64,000 nucleotides of DNA, taken from positions 8,770 to 72,769 of the forward strand of contig CAZTRP010000014.1 of assembly GCA_964616705.1 (NCBI GenBank). Direction: 5' to 3'. Of the stretch, positions 19,524-30,278 are shown one piece after another; positions within the stretch are counted from its first letter, which is position 1, and the number at the start of each line of letters is the position of its first letter. The notes under the pieces were generated by a model. It was not told the DNA's origin and ran no database searches. It saw nothing but the letters and a program-made list of their open reading frames with translations. The position numbers and the translations under genes were made by a program. The DNA is from an uncultured Pseudobdellovibrionaceae bacterium. Its GTDB lineage: Bacteria; Bdellovibrionota; FAC87; UBA2466.

Positions 19524-20662
19524 AGACAGACGATTCCATTCCACATCTTTCAGAAAAACTTTGCTTACGCCTTTTGTCCGACCTTGAGAATGCTCGGCGC
19601 CCAGTTTTGGAAGCCGTGAAATGTTCGCTGGACAATGCGGAATATAATTTTAAAGTCGGCTACCTCACCCCGGGATCGAAGAAAGTCCGAACAGAACTTA
19701 ACGTGTCTTCGGTTCAAAAGATGTCGCGAGCGATTTTTCTTTTGGAAATTCTTCTTCGAAATCTCGAAACGGGCGCAGTGAATACGAAGCGCGAGCTTTA
19801 TTACATCTCAAAAGGTGAAATCAAGCACGATCCGGCTCTAAAACCGCTCGACTTTGCCGATCAGAACGAAAGCGATGCTATCATCGATTTCATTTGCGAA
19901 ATGCTGGAATGTTATCGGGAAGAATTGAATTGTTTTGCAAACGATCGTGGCGGTCAGACTTACTCTCAGCAGCTCGTGGTCACCGAGACAATGCCCGATG
20001 GCGAGAAAGCGGTTGTGGACCTGAGCAGCTTGGGTACCAGCCCCTTTCAGCCAAAGAATCGTCCGCAGAGCTTAAAGTTAAAGGCGAAAAAACGAATAGA
20101 TTTTTGCCTTGTCGTTGAATCTGAAGGCACCGCGAACACCTTCGTGGCCAATGGATTTTGCAAACGCAATAATTGCATCCTTATGGGTGCACAAGGGGTG
20201 CCGAGCAATGCGGTGCGGGGCTGGTGTAAGTTGATTCAAGATCAACTCAAAGTCCCCATTTACTTTTTTGGCGACTTGGACGCGTACACCATTCAAAATA
20301 TTTACCGTACGCTCAAGGCAGGATCTGCGGCCAGTTTGATTAGAAACTCCGACTTTTCCGCGCCCGATGTAAAGTTCCTGGGAGTATTGCCAGAAGACAT
20401 TAAGAAGTACGACTTGAACGACTATCCGGTTCGAGAAAATGACCTTCAAGAGGCGCGAGCGTTAAAGAAAGCTGCCGATGCACTCAAGAATGACCCCTTC
20501 TTTAAAGACAAAAAGAACAAAGGGGTTTCGCAACTCTTAGAGTGGTTGCTAAAGAACAAACGCCGTTGCGAACAACAGGCGTTTTTTACGGTAGATCCCA
20601 GGGATCCCACCATGCCCGAGAAAATCATTATCGAGAAAATTAAGCGCGGGAATTTTATCTAA
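19520..20662 (+). CDS. Type IIB DNA topoisomerase subunit A (Topo VI A / Spo11-like).
   Basis: The WHD/CAP motif 'TKRELYYIS' carries the catalytic Tyr and the upstream Arg. The Toprim domain has the Glu in 'CLVVESEGT' and the DxD in 'YFFGDLDAYT'. Its start overlaps the topo VI B stop (ATGA). Confidence 0.85.
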   Translation: MKTDDSIPHLSEKLCLRLLSDLENARRPVLEAVKCSLDNAEYNFKVGYLTPGSKKVRTELNVSSVQKMSRAIFLLEILLRNLETGAVNTKRELYYISKGEIKHDPALKPLDFADQNESDAIIDFICEMLECYREELNCFANDRGGQTYSQQLVVTETMPDGEKAVVDLSSLGTSPFQPKNRPQSLKLKAKKRIDFCLVVESEGTANTFVANGFCKRNNCILMGAQGVPSNAVRGWCKLIQDQLKVPIYFFGDLDAYTIQNIYRTLKAGSAASLIRNSDFSAPDVKFLGVLPEDIKKYDLNDYPVRENDLQEARALKKAADALKNDPFFKDKKNKGVSQLLEWLLKNKRRCEQQAFFTVDPRDPTMPEKIIIEKIKRGNFI

Positions 20663-21767
20663 GCCTGAGTCGAGTCGCGCTTAGAATCCAAAGACCGAAG
20701 CAACCAAATACCTTTGTAAAATAATTTCCGGCTCGTGGATCCCAGGCTTGCTTAGGCCAAAAGTCGGTGTAGCAAAAGGTAATCAACATCGCGCAAATTG
20801 CGAGGGTCGATAGGTAGTGGTTTTTCTTTTTATCGCCGGTCCATTCCAGAACAAGCAAAAGATACGCGGGGGCAACGAGCACAAAAGTAGGCGATTCCGT
20901 TCGAGGGCTGAGTAACAAAAGGGCGGACGCTACAAACGTGAAGCCACTCGCTGTAAGAATGCCATCGGCCGCGGACTTTCGAAGTTTTAGCAGAATCAGC
21001 AGAGTCAGGGTGGCGACTCCAGCTCGTAGAGTAGTGCCAAACAGAGGGAAACCCAAACGGCTCAATACGGACTCCAGATCAAGCAAGCCCGCGGATCCCA
21101 TATCGGAACCTAGCGCTCGGCCCCAATCCAAATGGGCGGTAAGGGCCCCCAGAGGTCCCAAGAAGAGAGTGGGCGCTAAAAATAAGCCAAGGGTGGTCAG
21201 ACCGAAAGATCGCAAGAAGGGGCCGCACCAGGGAAGCGCAAACACGAAAACCCCGGGGAGTATTTTGAAATTCGTCCCCAGCGCGAGCCAAAATCCCGAC
21301 GACTTAAATTTTTTGTCTCGGTAGTCAGCTAATCCGAGAAGAACTAAGCCCACAATGAGTGCATTTACCTGTTGGTAGCGTAGTGAAATATCAAGTTCCA
21401 TGGACACCAGTGCAAGCGCAGCCCAGTGCAGCCAAGAATTTTTCGCGCTAAATATTTTCCAACGGGAGACCCCCGTCCAAAATACAAAAGCTCCCAATAG
21501 CGCCCAAGCCAGTGCTTGAATCCTGTCGGGAAGATAAGCAAATGCGCCGTAGAGTGCTGCAAAGCTAGGTGAGTACTTGAACAGGTCTCCGTTTCCGTTC
21601 GGTGGAGCGTACGGACTCTCTCCCAACCAAATATGGTGGGCCGCACGCTCGTACGTTTGGGTCACAATATTTTTGCCCGTTTTTACTAAGCCCGGTGCTA
21701 GAAGGAGCCAGCTGTAGAGCGTGAGTAAAATGACTTGGCGGAAAAACGGTTTCACTGAGGTACCCAA
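20655..21767 (-). CDS. Polytopic membrane protein, DUF2029/GT87-like (putative polyprenol-phosphate-sugar-dependent glycosyltransferase).
   Basis: It has about 10 predicted TM helices. The N-terminal loop contains 'YPP'/'YAP' and 'SPSFAALYGAFAYLP' motifs of the DUF2029 type. It overlaps the upstream gene by 16 nt. Confidence 0.5.
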   Translation of the reverse strand: MGTSVKPFFRQVILLTLYSWLLLAPGLVKTGKNIVTQTYERAAHHIWLGESPYAPPNGNGDLFKYSPSFAALYGAFAYLPDRIQALAWALLGAFVFWTGVSRWKIFSAKNSWLHWAALALVSMELDISLRYQQVNALIVGLVLLGLADYRDKKFKSSGFWLALGTNFKILPGVFVFALPWCGPFLRSFGLTTLGLFLAPTLFLGPLGALTAHLDWGRALGSDMGSAGLLDLESVLSRLGFPLFGTTLRAGVATLTLLILLKLRKSAADGILTASGFTFVASALLLLSPRTESPTFVLVAPAYLLLVLEWTGDKKKNHYLSTLAICAMLITFCYTDFWPKQAWDPRAGNYFTKVFGCFGLWILSATRLRLR

Positions 21768-23686
21768 ACTGCGCTGAGAATTTTATCGCCTACTTCCAGC
21801 GTATCGACGACGTTCAAACCTTGAGTCACTTCAGCAAAAACCGTGAATCGGCCATCTAAGTGAAAGTTGGGAGCGAGATTAAAGTAGAATTGGCTTCCTC
21901 CGGTATCTTTCCCACTGGATGCCAGGCCAACGGTGCCACGCTTATTCTGCCAAAAGGATATTTCGTCGCGCACTAAGTAGCCGGGGCCACCGAAGCCGTG
22001 ATGGGTGGGGTCACCTCCTTGGGCCACAAAGCCGGGAACCACACGGTGGAACTCAGAGTTGTTATAAAAACCGTTTCGCACAAGACGAACGAAGTTCAAA
22101 CTATTTAGCGGCGCTTCGGCGAGCATTCGCAACCGGATTTCCCCACGGTTTGTTTTAAGTACTACGTGAGAACGCACTGCTTTTTGTACCTCTTCCGCTG
22201 TGAAAGGAGTCTGTCCAGATCGTACTTCCGACGAAGGGATCGGGGGAGTCGCACCTAGGGAAGACAGCGCCGATAGAACAGCATTCTTGGCTTCCACCCA
22301 GTCGGTTTTGGCCAGGTTTGAGTAGGTTACGCTAAGAGGCGAAATAAAATCTGTCCAATGTCCTTGTTCGCTGAGGGCCGCCACCAAAGCAAGGGGACCT
22401 GGCTCTTTCCGGTCCAAGAGAAGCCTGAGCGAGTTCTTTATTTCTGGGGTGAAGTCCTCCTGTCCCCATTGGACCAACTTATCGAGCATTTCAATTATTA
22501 GAGTGGGGTTGGGGTCCTTAAGCAGCGTTGCGATCAAAGGGGCTTCTTCGGGACGAGCCGCCAAGGCAATAGCGCCAGCAGCCGAAGCTCTAATATCCGA
22601 TTTTGGATCGCTAATTTCTTTAAGCGCAAACGGTGTCCATTGTTCCGCGTCGATAGCCATTCCCGCATAGAGGCAGTGTCCACGAACCCATGGAGATTTA
22701 TTTTTCTTGTACACCGCCATTACCGCTGGCGACAGTTCCTTCGCTTCCACTTTGTAAGAGGCGGTGGCTTCTAAAGTTGGCACGAGGATGTGGCTTTGGG
22801 GGCTCTCTAGAGCTGAGCGAAGGGACGCAGAGACGTTCTTAGACCAAGTCTGTTGACCAAGTGCTTTGATGGCTTCAGTTCGTGTCGACGTAGAAATGGC
22901 TGTAGCAAACTTATGAGCGAGTAGGGACGTTGATGCAGGTGTTTGGATTTTTCCCAGAATTCGTAGAAAAAAGTTTCCTGCATCTATCGATTTTACCTGG
23001 TCTGAGGTGCGAAGCGTTTCGTCCGGGGGATAAAATGAGGGAAGTCCCTTAAAGCGCGAAAGCGCAAAGCCACAATTTAGGGCGAGTTCGTCACTTTGTT
23101 TTGAGCGCTGAAGCAATAAGGAAATAATTCCCCTTGGGACTGCCCAATTTTCTGAATCTTTCGCCCATAGAGAACCCACCGCGAGGCATATTCCACTTAG
23201 CACCGTTGGATCCGCCCGCCCTCTTAATCCTTCAGCCAAGACAGCAAGGTGCTTCTCCCCGCCGGCCCTTCCAATGGAAAGGTAGAGTTGCCGAAGTACT
23301 TTGGGATCTTGTTGCATGGCAAGATGTTGCACAGCCATGGTGACCGCCGTTTCATCGGGAATCAGTCCTAGGGCAAATGCGACATCTTCTTTGTTGGGAG
23401 CTCTCCTACGGTTGAGTTCCCCAGACAGCTCCATCAGCAGGGAGGGGTCGCCAATTCGGGCAATAGCCCAGATGGCCGCTTGCCGAATGGTGGGGCTCGA
23501 GTGATGAATAGCGGTAGCCAGGTAGGGGTCTTTAAGTGTGCGTTGGTTTTCGGCCGTCCAAATTCGATTTAAGGACGCTTGCGATGTTTGCGCTGGCCCG
23601 CGGTGGGCGGTCCGAGCCTTTGCTTGCAAAAGGGTGCTGGCGAAAATGGCGACAACGCAAGTAGCCCAAAGCCGTAAGTTTCGCAT
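21752..23686 (-). CDS. Secreted HEAT-repeat protein fused to a C-terminal cyclophilin-type peptidyl-prolyl isomerase domain.
   Basis: It has a signal peptide and repeated HEAT-like units such as 'PTIRQAAIWAIARIGDPS'. The C-terminal 160 aa carry the cyclophilin motifs 'FHRVVPGFVAQGGDP' and 'GTVGLASSGKDTGGSQFYF'. Confidence 0.8.
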   Translation of the reverse strand: MRNLRLWATCVVAIFASTLLQAKARTAHRGPAQTSQASLNRIWTAENQRTLKDPYLATAIHHSSPTIRQAAIWAIARIGDPSLLMELSGELNRRRAPNKEDVAFALGLIPDETAVTMAVQHLAMQQDPKVLRQLYLSIGRAGGEKHLAVLAEGLRGRADPTVLSGICLAVGSLWAKDSENWAVPRGIISLLLQRSKQSDELALNCGFALSRFKGLPSFYPPDETLRTSDQVKSIDAGNFFLRILGKIQTPASTSLLAHKFATAISTSTRTEAIKALGQQTWSKNVSASLRSALESPQSHILVPTLEATASYKVEAKELSPAVMAVYKKNKSPWVRGHCLYAGMAIDAEQWTPFALKEISDPKSDIRASAAGAIALAARPEEAPLIATLLKDPNPTLIIEMLDKLVQWGQEDFTPEIKNSLRLLLDRKEPGPLALVAALSEQGHWTDFISPLSVTYSNLAKTDWVEAKNAVLSALSSLGATPPIPSSEVRSGQTPFTAEEVQKAVRSHVVLKTNRGEIRLRMLAEAPLNSLNFVRLVRNGFYNNSEFHRVVPGFVAQGGDPTHHGFGGPGYLVRDEISFWQNKRGTVGLASSGKDTGGSQFYFNLAPNFHLDGRFTVFAEVTQGLNVVDTLEVGDKILSAVWVPQ

Positions 23687-23747
23687 TCTTATGAGGTTAC
23701 CGTTGATCCCCGGCTCGGCAAAGACTAAGTTTTCGCTTCGAGGGTAA

Positions 23748-26015
23748 ATGGACTACTTGGCATCACTTAATGAAGAGCAAAGAAAAGCGGTGGAATTTGG
23801 CGAGGGGCCATTGCTGGTGCTCGCCGGGGCCGGGTCGGGTAAGACGCGGGTCCTGACTCATCGCATCGCCCACCTTATTCACAAGCACCGAGTGCATCCG
23901 AGTGAAATCTTTGCTGTGACTTTCACCAATAAGGCGGCAGCGGAGATGCGCCATAGAGTGGTGACGCTTCTGCAGAGTCACCCGTATTTCCGCGGGGGAG
24001 AACGAGAGATTTGGGTGAGCACTTTTCACTCGTCGTGCATGAGGATTTTGCGAAATGAGATCCACCACCTCGGGTACATGAATCAGTTCACTATTTATGA
24101 TGATTCGGATCAGCTATCGGTAATCAAGGCGTGCCTGAAAGAGTTTCGCATGACCGATAGCTCATTTTCCCCTAAGGCTTTTCAAGGTCGCATCAATAAG
24201 CTGAAAAACGAAGGATACGATTTCTACTCGTATAAGCCGAGCTTCGGGGGAAGTTTTGAAGATGCCTTTGTCCGCGTATTTGAACGCTACACTCAAGTTT
24301 TGCAGAAATCGTCTGCCGTCGATTTTGCGGATCTGATTCTGCTCACCGGTAAGTTGTTTCAACACTTTCCAAATATTTTAGAAAATTACCAAAGGCGTTT
24401 CCCTTTCGTTCTGATTGACGAGTATCAAGATACCAATAGGTGTCAGTACTTACTGATGAAGCTTCTTGCAGGGCCACAAGCAAATATTTGCGCAGTGGGT
24501 GACGAGGATCAGTCGATCTACCGGTGGCGGGGAGCAGATATCTCCAATATCCTCAACTTTGAGAAGGACTATCCGAACGCGACCATTTTTAAGCTCGAAC
24601 AAAACTACCGTTCCAGTCGAAACATCATTGAGGCAGCGAGCCATCTGATTTCTCACAATACTGAACGTCGGGAAAAGAAGCTTTGGACAGACAATCTTGA
24701 AGGCGAAAAGATTCGTGTCCTAGAATGCTACGATGAACACGATGAAGCACTGAAGGTGGCGTCGGAAGTCACGCAACAGTTGGCCCAAGACTGTCCGTTG
24801 AATCAAATGGCGGTTTTCTACCGAACGAACGCACAGTCTCGTGTTTTGGAAGACATGCTTCGGGCAAAAGGGATTCACTATCAGATATACGGCGGTCTCA
24901 AGTTCTATGACCGATTAGAAGTTAAGGATATTCTTGCGTACCTTAAGCTCATCAGCAATCCGACTGACGATGTCAGTTTCCGTCGCATAGTGAATGTCCC
25001 CGCCCGCGGAATCGGCGCGGTATCTTTGGAAAAACTAGTGGAAAAAGCTCGTAGTGAGGGAGCCAGCCTCTTGGAGCTATTGGACCGCGCCTTCGGTCCA
25101 AATCCGACCATCGCATTTGATTTGGGGCGCGCTCAAAGAAGCTTTCAAGCTTTCTACCATTTAGTTCAGAGCCTTCGGGACGCCAAAAAAGATTTACTCC
25201 CTTCCGATTTAATAACGATGGTCATTGAGGATTCTGGCTATAGAAAAATGCTCACCGATGAGCACTCGACAGAATCACAAAGCCGTCTTGAGAACTTGGC
25301 CGAACTTCGCCAAAGCGTCATCGAGTACGAATTAAGGCGTGGGGCTGAGGCACCTGAGAAACTTCTTACCTTGGAAGGTTTTCTTGAAGAGATAGCGTTG
25401 GTCAGTGACATCGATCGGTTTGAGCCAGACGCTCCAGCTTTGAAGATGATGACGATCCACATGGCAAAGGGACTCGAGTTCGATTTGGTCTACATCGTAG
25501 GTCTAGAGGAAGAACTATTCCCGAGCATTCGCCCATGGGAACCCGAAGAGCCGGCCGATGTAGAGGAAGAAAGAAGGTTGATGTACGTAGGCATGACTCG
25601 GGCCCGCAAAAAGCTCCACCTTTTCTATGCCAAGAACCGCACCATTTACGGTAACTCGGGCTTCCGTGTCATGAGTCGTTTTATCGATGAAATACCTGCG
25701 CAATATTTAGAAGAGAGCCGGGCAGATTATTTTGCCCGGCGGCGCGGGGCCCCAGAGCGGCCAGGCCTTTTTCCGGCGCCCGTGAGACAGCAGGATGATT
25801 TTTCGCAAGATTCTGAATTTTCGGACGACTTTTCTCAAACGGATCCGAGTGAAGAAGGCTCTGCTTCCCCACGCCTGGGGGCGCGTGTAATGCACCCCCT
25901 CTTTGGGGAGGGTGTCGTCCGGCGCAGTTTGGGCCAGGATAAGCTGATAGTCGAGTTCGCTGGCCGGGGTCTAAAGAAGATTTCTTTGAAGTTTACTCAG
26001 TTAAAGGTGTTGTAG
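23748..26015 (+). CDS. pcrA: ATP-dependent DNA helicase, UvrD/PcrA/Rep family.
   Basis: It has Walker A 'AGAGSGKT', 'FTNKAA', 'DEYQDTN', 'VGDEDQSIYRWRGA' and the C-terminal 'MTIHMAKGLEFD'. Confidence 0.9.
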   Translation: MDYLASLNEEQRKAVEFGEGPLLVLAGAGSGKTRVLTHRIAHLIHKHRVHPSEIFAVTFTNKAAAEMRHRVVTLLQSHPYFRGGEREIWVSTFHSSCMRILRNEIHHLGYMNQFTIYDDSDQLSVIKACLKEFRMTDSSFSPKAFQGRINKLKNEGYDFYSYKPSFGGSFEDAFVRVFERYTQVLQKSSAVDFADLILLTGKLFQHFPNILENYQRRFPFVLIDEYQDTNRCQYLLMKLLAGPQANICAVGDEDQSIYRWRGADISNILNFEKDYPNATIFKLEQNYRSSRNIIEAASHLISHNTERREKKLWTDNLEGEKIRVLECYDEHDEALKVASEVTQQLAQDCPLNQMAVFYRTNAQSRVLEDMLRAKGIHYQIYGGLKFYDRLEVKDILAYLKLISNPTDDVSFRRIVNVPARGIGAVSLEKLVEKARSEGASLLELLDRAFGPNPTIAFDLGRAQRSFQAFYHLVQSLRDAKKDLLPSDLITMVIEDSGYRKMLTDEHSTESQSRLENLAELRQSVIEYELRRGAEAPEKLLTLEGFLEEIALVSDIDRFEPDAPALKMMTIHMAKGLEFDLVYIVGLEEELFPSIRPWEPEEPADVEEERRLMYVGMTRARKKLHLFYAKNRTIYGNSGFRVMSRFIDEIPAQYLEESRADYFARRRGAPERPGLFPAPVRQQDDFSQDSEFSDDFSQTDPSEEGSASPRLGARVMHPLFGEGVVRRSLGQDKLIVEFAGRGLKKISLKFTQLKVL

Positions 26016-26090
26016 CGCTTATCGGCCTGGGTTGCCGCGGGAAGCCCAGGTGTTGCTACGGGAGCCAAGTGCGGGTAAGTTATCGCCCTT

Positions 26091-26384
26091 ATGTTTACCC
26101 GCGAAGAAGTCCTCCATATTGCTAAGCTTGCGAGACTGGAGCTGACCGAAGAAGAAGTTATTCGTTATCAAAATCAGCTTGGCCGTGTCTTGGAGTACGT
26201 AGCCGAACTGCAAACCGTTCCAACCGAAGAGGGCGAAAGCACCGTTAAGCACGTTCCTCGTGATGCCGTTGCATTTCGTGGGGACAAAGTATTGGCATTC
26301 GGCAATGGGAAAGGGCTATTAGAAAACGCCCCGGCCCTCGAAGGCGATGCGTTTTCTATCCCAACCGTCATGGAGAACGAATGA
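26091..26384 (+). CDS. gatC: Glu-tRNA(Gln)/Asp-tRNA(Asn) amidotransferase subunit C.
   Basis: 'EEVLHIAKLARLELTEEE' is GatC-like. It overlaps gatA by 4 nt. Confidence 0.85.
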   Translation: MFTREEVLHIAKLARLELTEEEVIRYQNQLGRVLEYVAELQTVPTEEGESTVKHVPRDAVAFRGDKVLAFGNGKGLLENAPALEGDAFSIPTVMENE

Positions 26385-27859
26385 GCGCATTTCGCAAACA
26401 AGGCATTGAAGATCTTTTGGAAGGATTTGCGCGGAAAGAGTTTAAGCCCTCTGAGGTAGTTGCTGCTTCCCTGGACACCGTGAAGGCCGAGAATGAAGAG
26501 TTAAATGCTCTGCTTGAAGTTCGATCGTCGGAAGCCATCGCGAAAGCGAAGGAAATGGACTCCCGACTTTCGGAAATTGCCAAGCTGCCCCTCTACGGTG
26601 TTCCTGTCGTGATCAAAGACAATATTCTCGTTAAGGGGTGGAAGACCACAGCCGGGTCGAAGGAACTGGAAAATTACGTTTCTCCGTACACTGCGACTTG
26701 CGCTGAGCGCCTTGAAGCGGCCGGAGCCATTGTTATTGGCAAAGCCAATTGCGACGAATTTGCCATGGGCTCTTCCAATGAAAACAGCGCCTTTGGCGCC
26801 GCCAAAAACCCTTGGGACCCCACGCGAGTGACAGGGGGCTCCAGCGGAGGTTCGGCCTCGGCGGTGGCAGCCGGTTTTGCGCCCGCCTCTTTGGGCACTG
26901 ACACCGGGGGCTCCATTCGTCAGCCGGCGAGCCTTTGCGGTGTAGTAGGTATTAAGCCCACGTACGGAAGGGTAAGCAGATTTGGTGTAGTGGCTTTCGC
27001 GAGTTCCCTCGATCAAGTCGGGCCATTTGGGCGTTCGGTTTGGGATGCCGCTCGCATTCTGGAAGTCATTTCTGGGTACGATGCGAGAGATGCCACGAGT
27101 TCTCGCGCAGTTGTACCTCACTTTACTTCGGCGCTCGCGAACCCGGGTATCGAGTCGCTAAGAAACCTCAACATAGGCATAGCTCCCGAATGGAATGAAG
27201 GGCTCGACCCGCAGGTTCGTGCTTCCTATGAACAGTCTGTTGAATTGCTGAAGTCTCTTGGAGCGAAGATCGTCGAGGTAAAACTCCCCCACGCCCGATA
27301 CGCACTTTCGGTTTATTATTTAATTGCCGCGTCCGAAGCTAGTAGCAACTTGGCCCGCTATGATGGTGTTCACTACGGTCGACGTACTGCGCATCCAAAA
27401 GACTTGGCCGATCTGTATTCCCGGAGCAGGGGCGAGGGCTTGGGGCGCGAGGTGAAGTTGCGGATTATGTTGGGCACCTACGCGTTGAGTGCCGGCTACT
27501 ACGATGCATTTTACGGAAAAGCCAATCAAGTGCGTCGTTTGATCCAAAAAGATTTCGAAGAAGCGTTTTCTAAGTGTCATTGCATTGCTTCTCCCACCGC
27601 TCCGACAACGGCGTTTAGGTTGGGAGAAAAACTGGAAGATCCGCTGACGATGTACCTTTCGGATATTTTCACTCTGCCCATTAACCTTGCTGGCTTGCCG
27701 GGGCTCTCGCTTCCAAGCGGTTTAGATTCCGCTCGCCTTCCAATCGGTCTACAGCTGATTGGAAAGCAGTTCGATGAATCACAACTCTTGCACGTCGCAA
27801 GTGCATTTGAACGAGCTCGGGGCCCACTCTCTCAGCCTCCTTGGAAGGGAGATCGATAA
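26381..27859 (+). CDS. gatA: Glu-tRNA(Gln) amidotransferase subunit A (amidase signature family).
   Basis: It has the amidase signature 'GGSSGGSA' and a catalytic Ser-cisSer-Lys context. Confidence 0.95.
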   Translation: MSAFRKQGIEDLLEGFARKEFKPSEVVAASLDTVKAENEELNALLEVRSSEAIAKAKEMDSRLSEIAKLPLYGVPVVIKDNILVKGWKTTAGSKELENYVSPYTATCAERLEAAGAIVIGKANCDEFAMGSSNENSAFGAAKNPWDPTRVTGGSSGGSASAVAAGFAPASLGTDTGGSIRQPASLCGVVGIKPTYGRVSRFGVVAFASSLDQVGPFGRSVWDAARILEVISGYDARDATSSRAVVPHFTSALANPGIESLRNLNIGIAPEWNEGLDPQVRASYEQSVELLKSLGAKIVEVKLPHARYALSVYYLIAASEASSNLARYDGVHYGRRTAHPKDLADLYSRSRGEGLGREVKLRIMLGTYALSAGYYDAFYGKANQVRRLIQKDFEEAFSKCHCIASPTAPTTAFRLGEKLEDPLTMYLSDIFTLPINLAGLPGLSLPSGLDSARLPIGLQLIGKQFDESQLLHVASAFERARGPLSQPPWKGDR

Positions 27860-29298
27860 TGAGCGATTTGTCCAAGTTTGAATCAGTCATTGGTTTGGAA
27901 GTACATGCGCAGTTACTTACCAAGAGCAAAATGTTTTGCTCTTGTGCCAATGCTTTCGGCGCCGAGATAAATACTCAAATTTGCCCTGTGTGCACTGGTC
28001 AGCCGGGAGCATTGCCAGTTATCAATCAGGCGGCAATCGATTTAGGGATTCGCGCCGCTCTTGCAATGGGTTGCGAAATTCACACGGAGAGTGTTTTTGC
28101 GAGAAAGAACTATTTCTATCCGGATCTGCCGAAGGGCTATCAAATTAGCCAATACGAAAAACCGTATTGCACCGGTGGCAAAGTAGAAGTCGTGTTGAAA
28201 ACCGGAGAGACTAAGTCCTTTGGTTTAACTCGCATTCACTTTGAAGAAGATGCCGGAAAATCCATTCATTCAGCGCACGGCACTCAAGTAAACTTGAACC
28301 GAGCTGGAGTTCCGTTGATTGAAATTGTGAGTGAACCCGAAATGCGCAACTCGCATGAAGCGGGACAGTACCTTCGCGCCCTTCACTCTATTTTGCGTTT
28401 TGCAGACATTTGCGATGGGAATATGGATGAGGGGAGCTTTCGTTGCGATGCGAATATTTCGGTTCGGCCCTTCGGGCAAGCTGAATTTGGAACTAAAGTT
28501 GAGTTGAAGAACATCAACTCTTTCCGATTTGTTGAAAAAGCGATCGATTACGAGATTTCGCGTCAAATCGACTGTGTTGAGCGCGGCGAAAAGATTATTC
28601 AAGAAACGCGGAGCTGGAATTCTGCAAAAGGCGTTACGGAGTCAATGCGGGCAAAAGAACAGGCCCACGACTATCGTTATTTCCCCGAGCCAGACCTCCC
28701 ACCACTTTGCATCCTTGAATCGTGGAAAGAAAAAGTAGCTGCGGAAATGCCTGAACTGCCAGGTGCGAAACGTGCGCGTTTCAAGACCCAGTTTGGATTG
28801 AGCGAGTACGATGCAGGGGTGCTGACCGCGTCGAAAGAACTTTCCAATTTCTACGAAGAGTCGGTAGCCATTACGGGGAACGCCAAAACGACAGCGAATT
28901 GGGTGGCGAACGAATTGTTAGGGCGTCTCAACGCAGCGGGGAAAGAAATTCAGGACAGTCCCGTTTCGATTGCTCAACTGGCGGCGCTCGTTAAGGCAAT
29001 TGATGGGGGCCAGATCAGCGGCAAGATAGCGAAGACGGTTTTCGAGGAAATGTTTGCTACCAGCAAAGATCCGCAGACTATTATTCAGGAGCAGGGCTTG
29101 GTCCAAATCAGCGACCCGGCCGCTTTGGAGGCCGCAATTAGAAGAACGATTGAGGCCAATCCTCAGCAGTACGCGGGTTATAAGGCTGGTAAGGATAAGC
29201 TTCTGGGCTTTTTTGTGGGTCAAGTGATGAAAGAAACCAAAGGTCAGGCGAATCCGGCGCTTTTGAACGAACTCGTCAAAAAGATCTTAGATGCGTAA
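27859..29298 (+). CDS. gatB: Glu-tRNA(Gln) amidotransferase subunit B.
   Basis: 'GLEVHAQL' and 'CPVCTGQPGALPV' form the GatB zinc/cradle domain. The start is taken as the ATG that overlaps the gatA stop (TAATG) and is preceded by a GGAAGGGAG RBS. Confidence 0.95.
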   Translation: MSDLSKFESVIGLEVHAQLLTKSKMFCSCANAFGAEINTQICPVCTGQPGALPVINQAAIDLGIRAALAMGCEIHTESVFARKNYFYPDLPKGYQISQYEKPYCTGGKVEVVLKTGETKSFGLTRIHFEEDAGKSIHSAHGTQVNLNRAGVPLIEIVSEPEMRNSHEAGQYLRALHSILRFADICDGNMDEGSFRCDANISVRPFGQAEFGTKVELKNINSFRFVEKAIDYEISRQIDCVERGEKIIQETRSWNSAKGVTESMRAKEQAHDYRYFPEPDLPPLCILESWKEKVAAEMPELPGAKRARFKTQFGLSEYDAGVLTASKELSNFYEESVAITGNAKTTANWVANELLGRLNAAGKEIQDSPVSIAQLAALVKAIDGGQISGKIAKTVFEEMFATSKDPQTIIQEQGLVQISDPAALEAAIRRTIEANPQQYAGYKAGKDKLLGFFVGQVMKETKGQANPALLNELVKKILDA

Positions 29299-30276
<978 letters not shown>

Positions 30277-30278
30277 AA

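Noticed and set aside
26501-27121. A 206-aa minus-strand ORF.
   Set aside because: It lies entirely within gatA on the opposite strand. gatA has unambiguous amidase-signature motifs.
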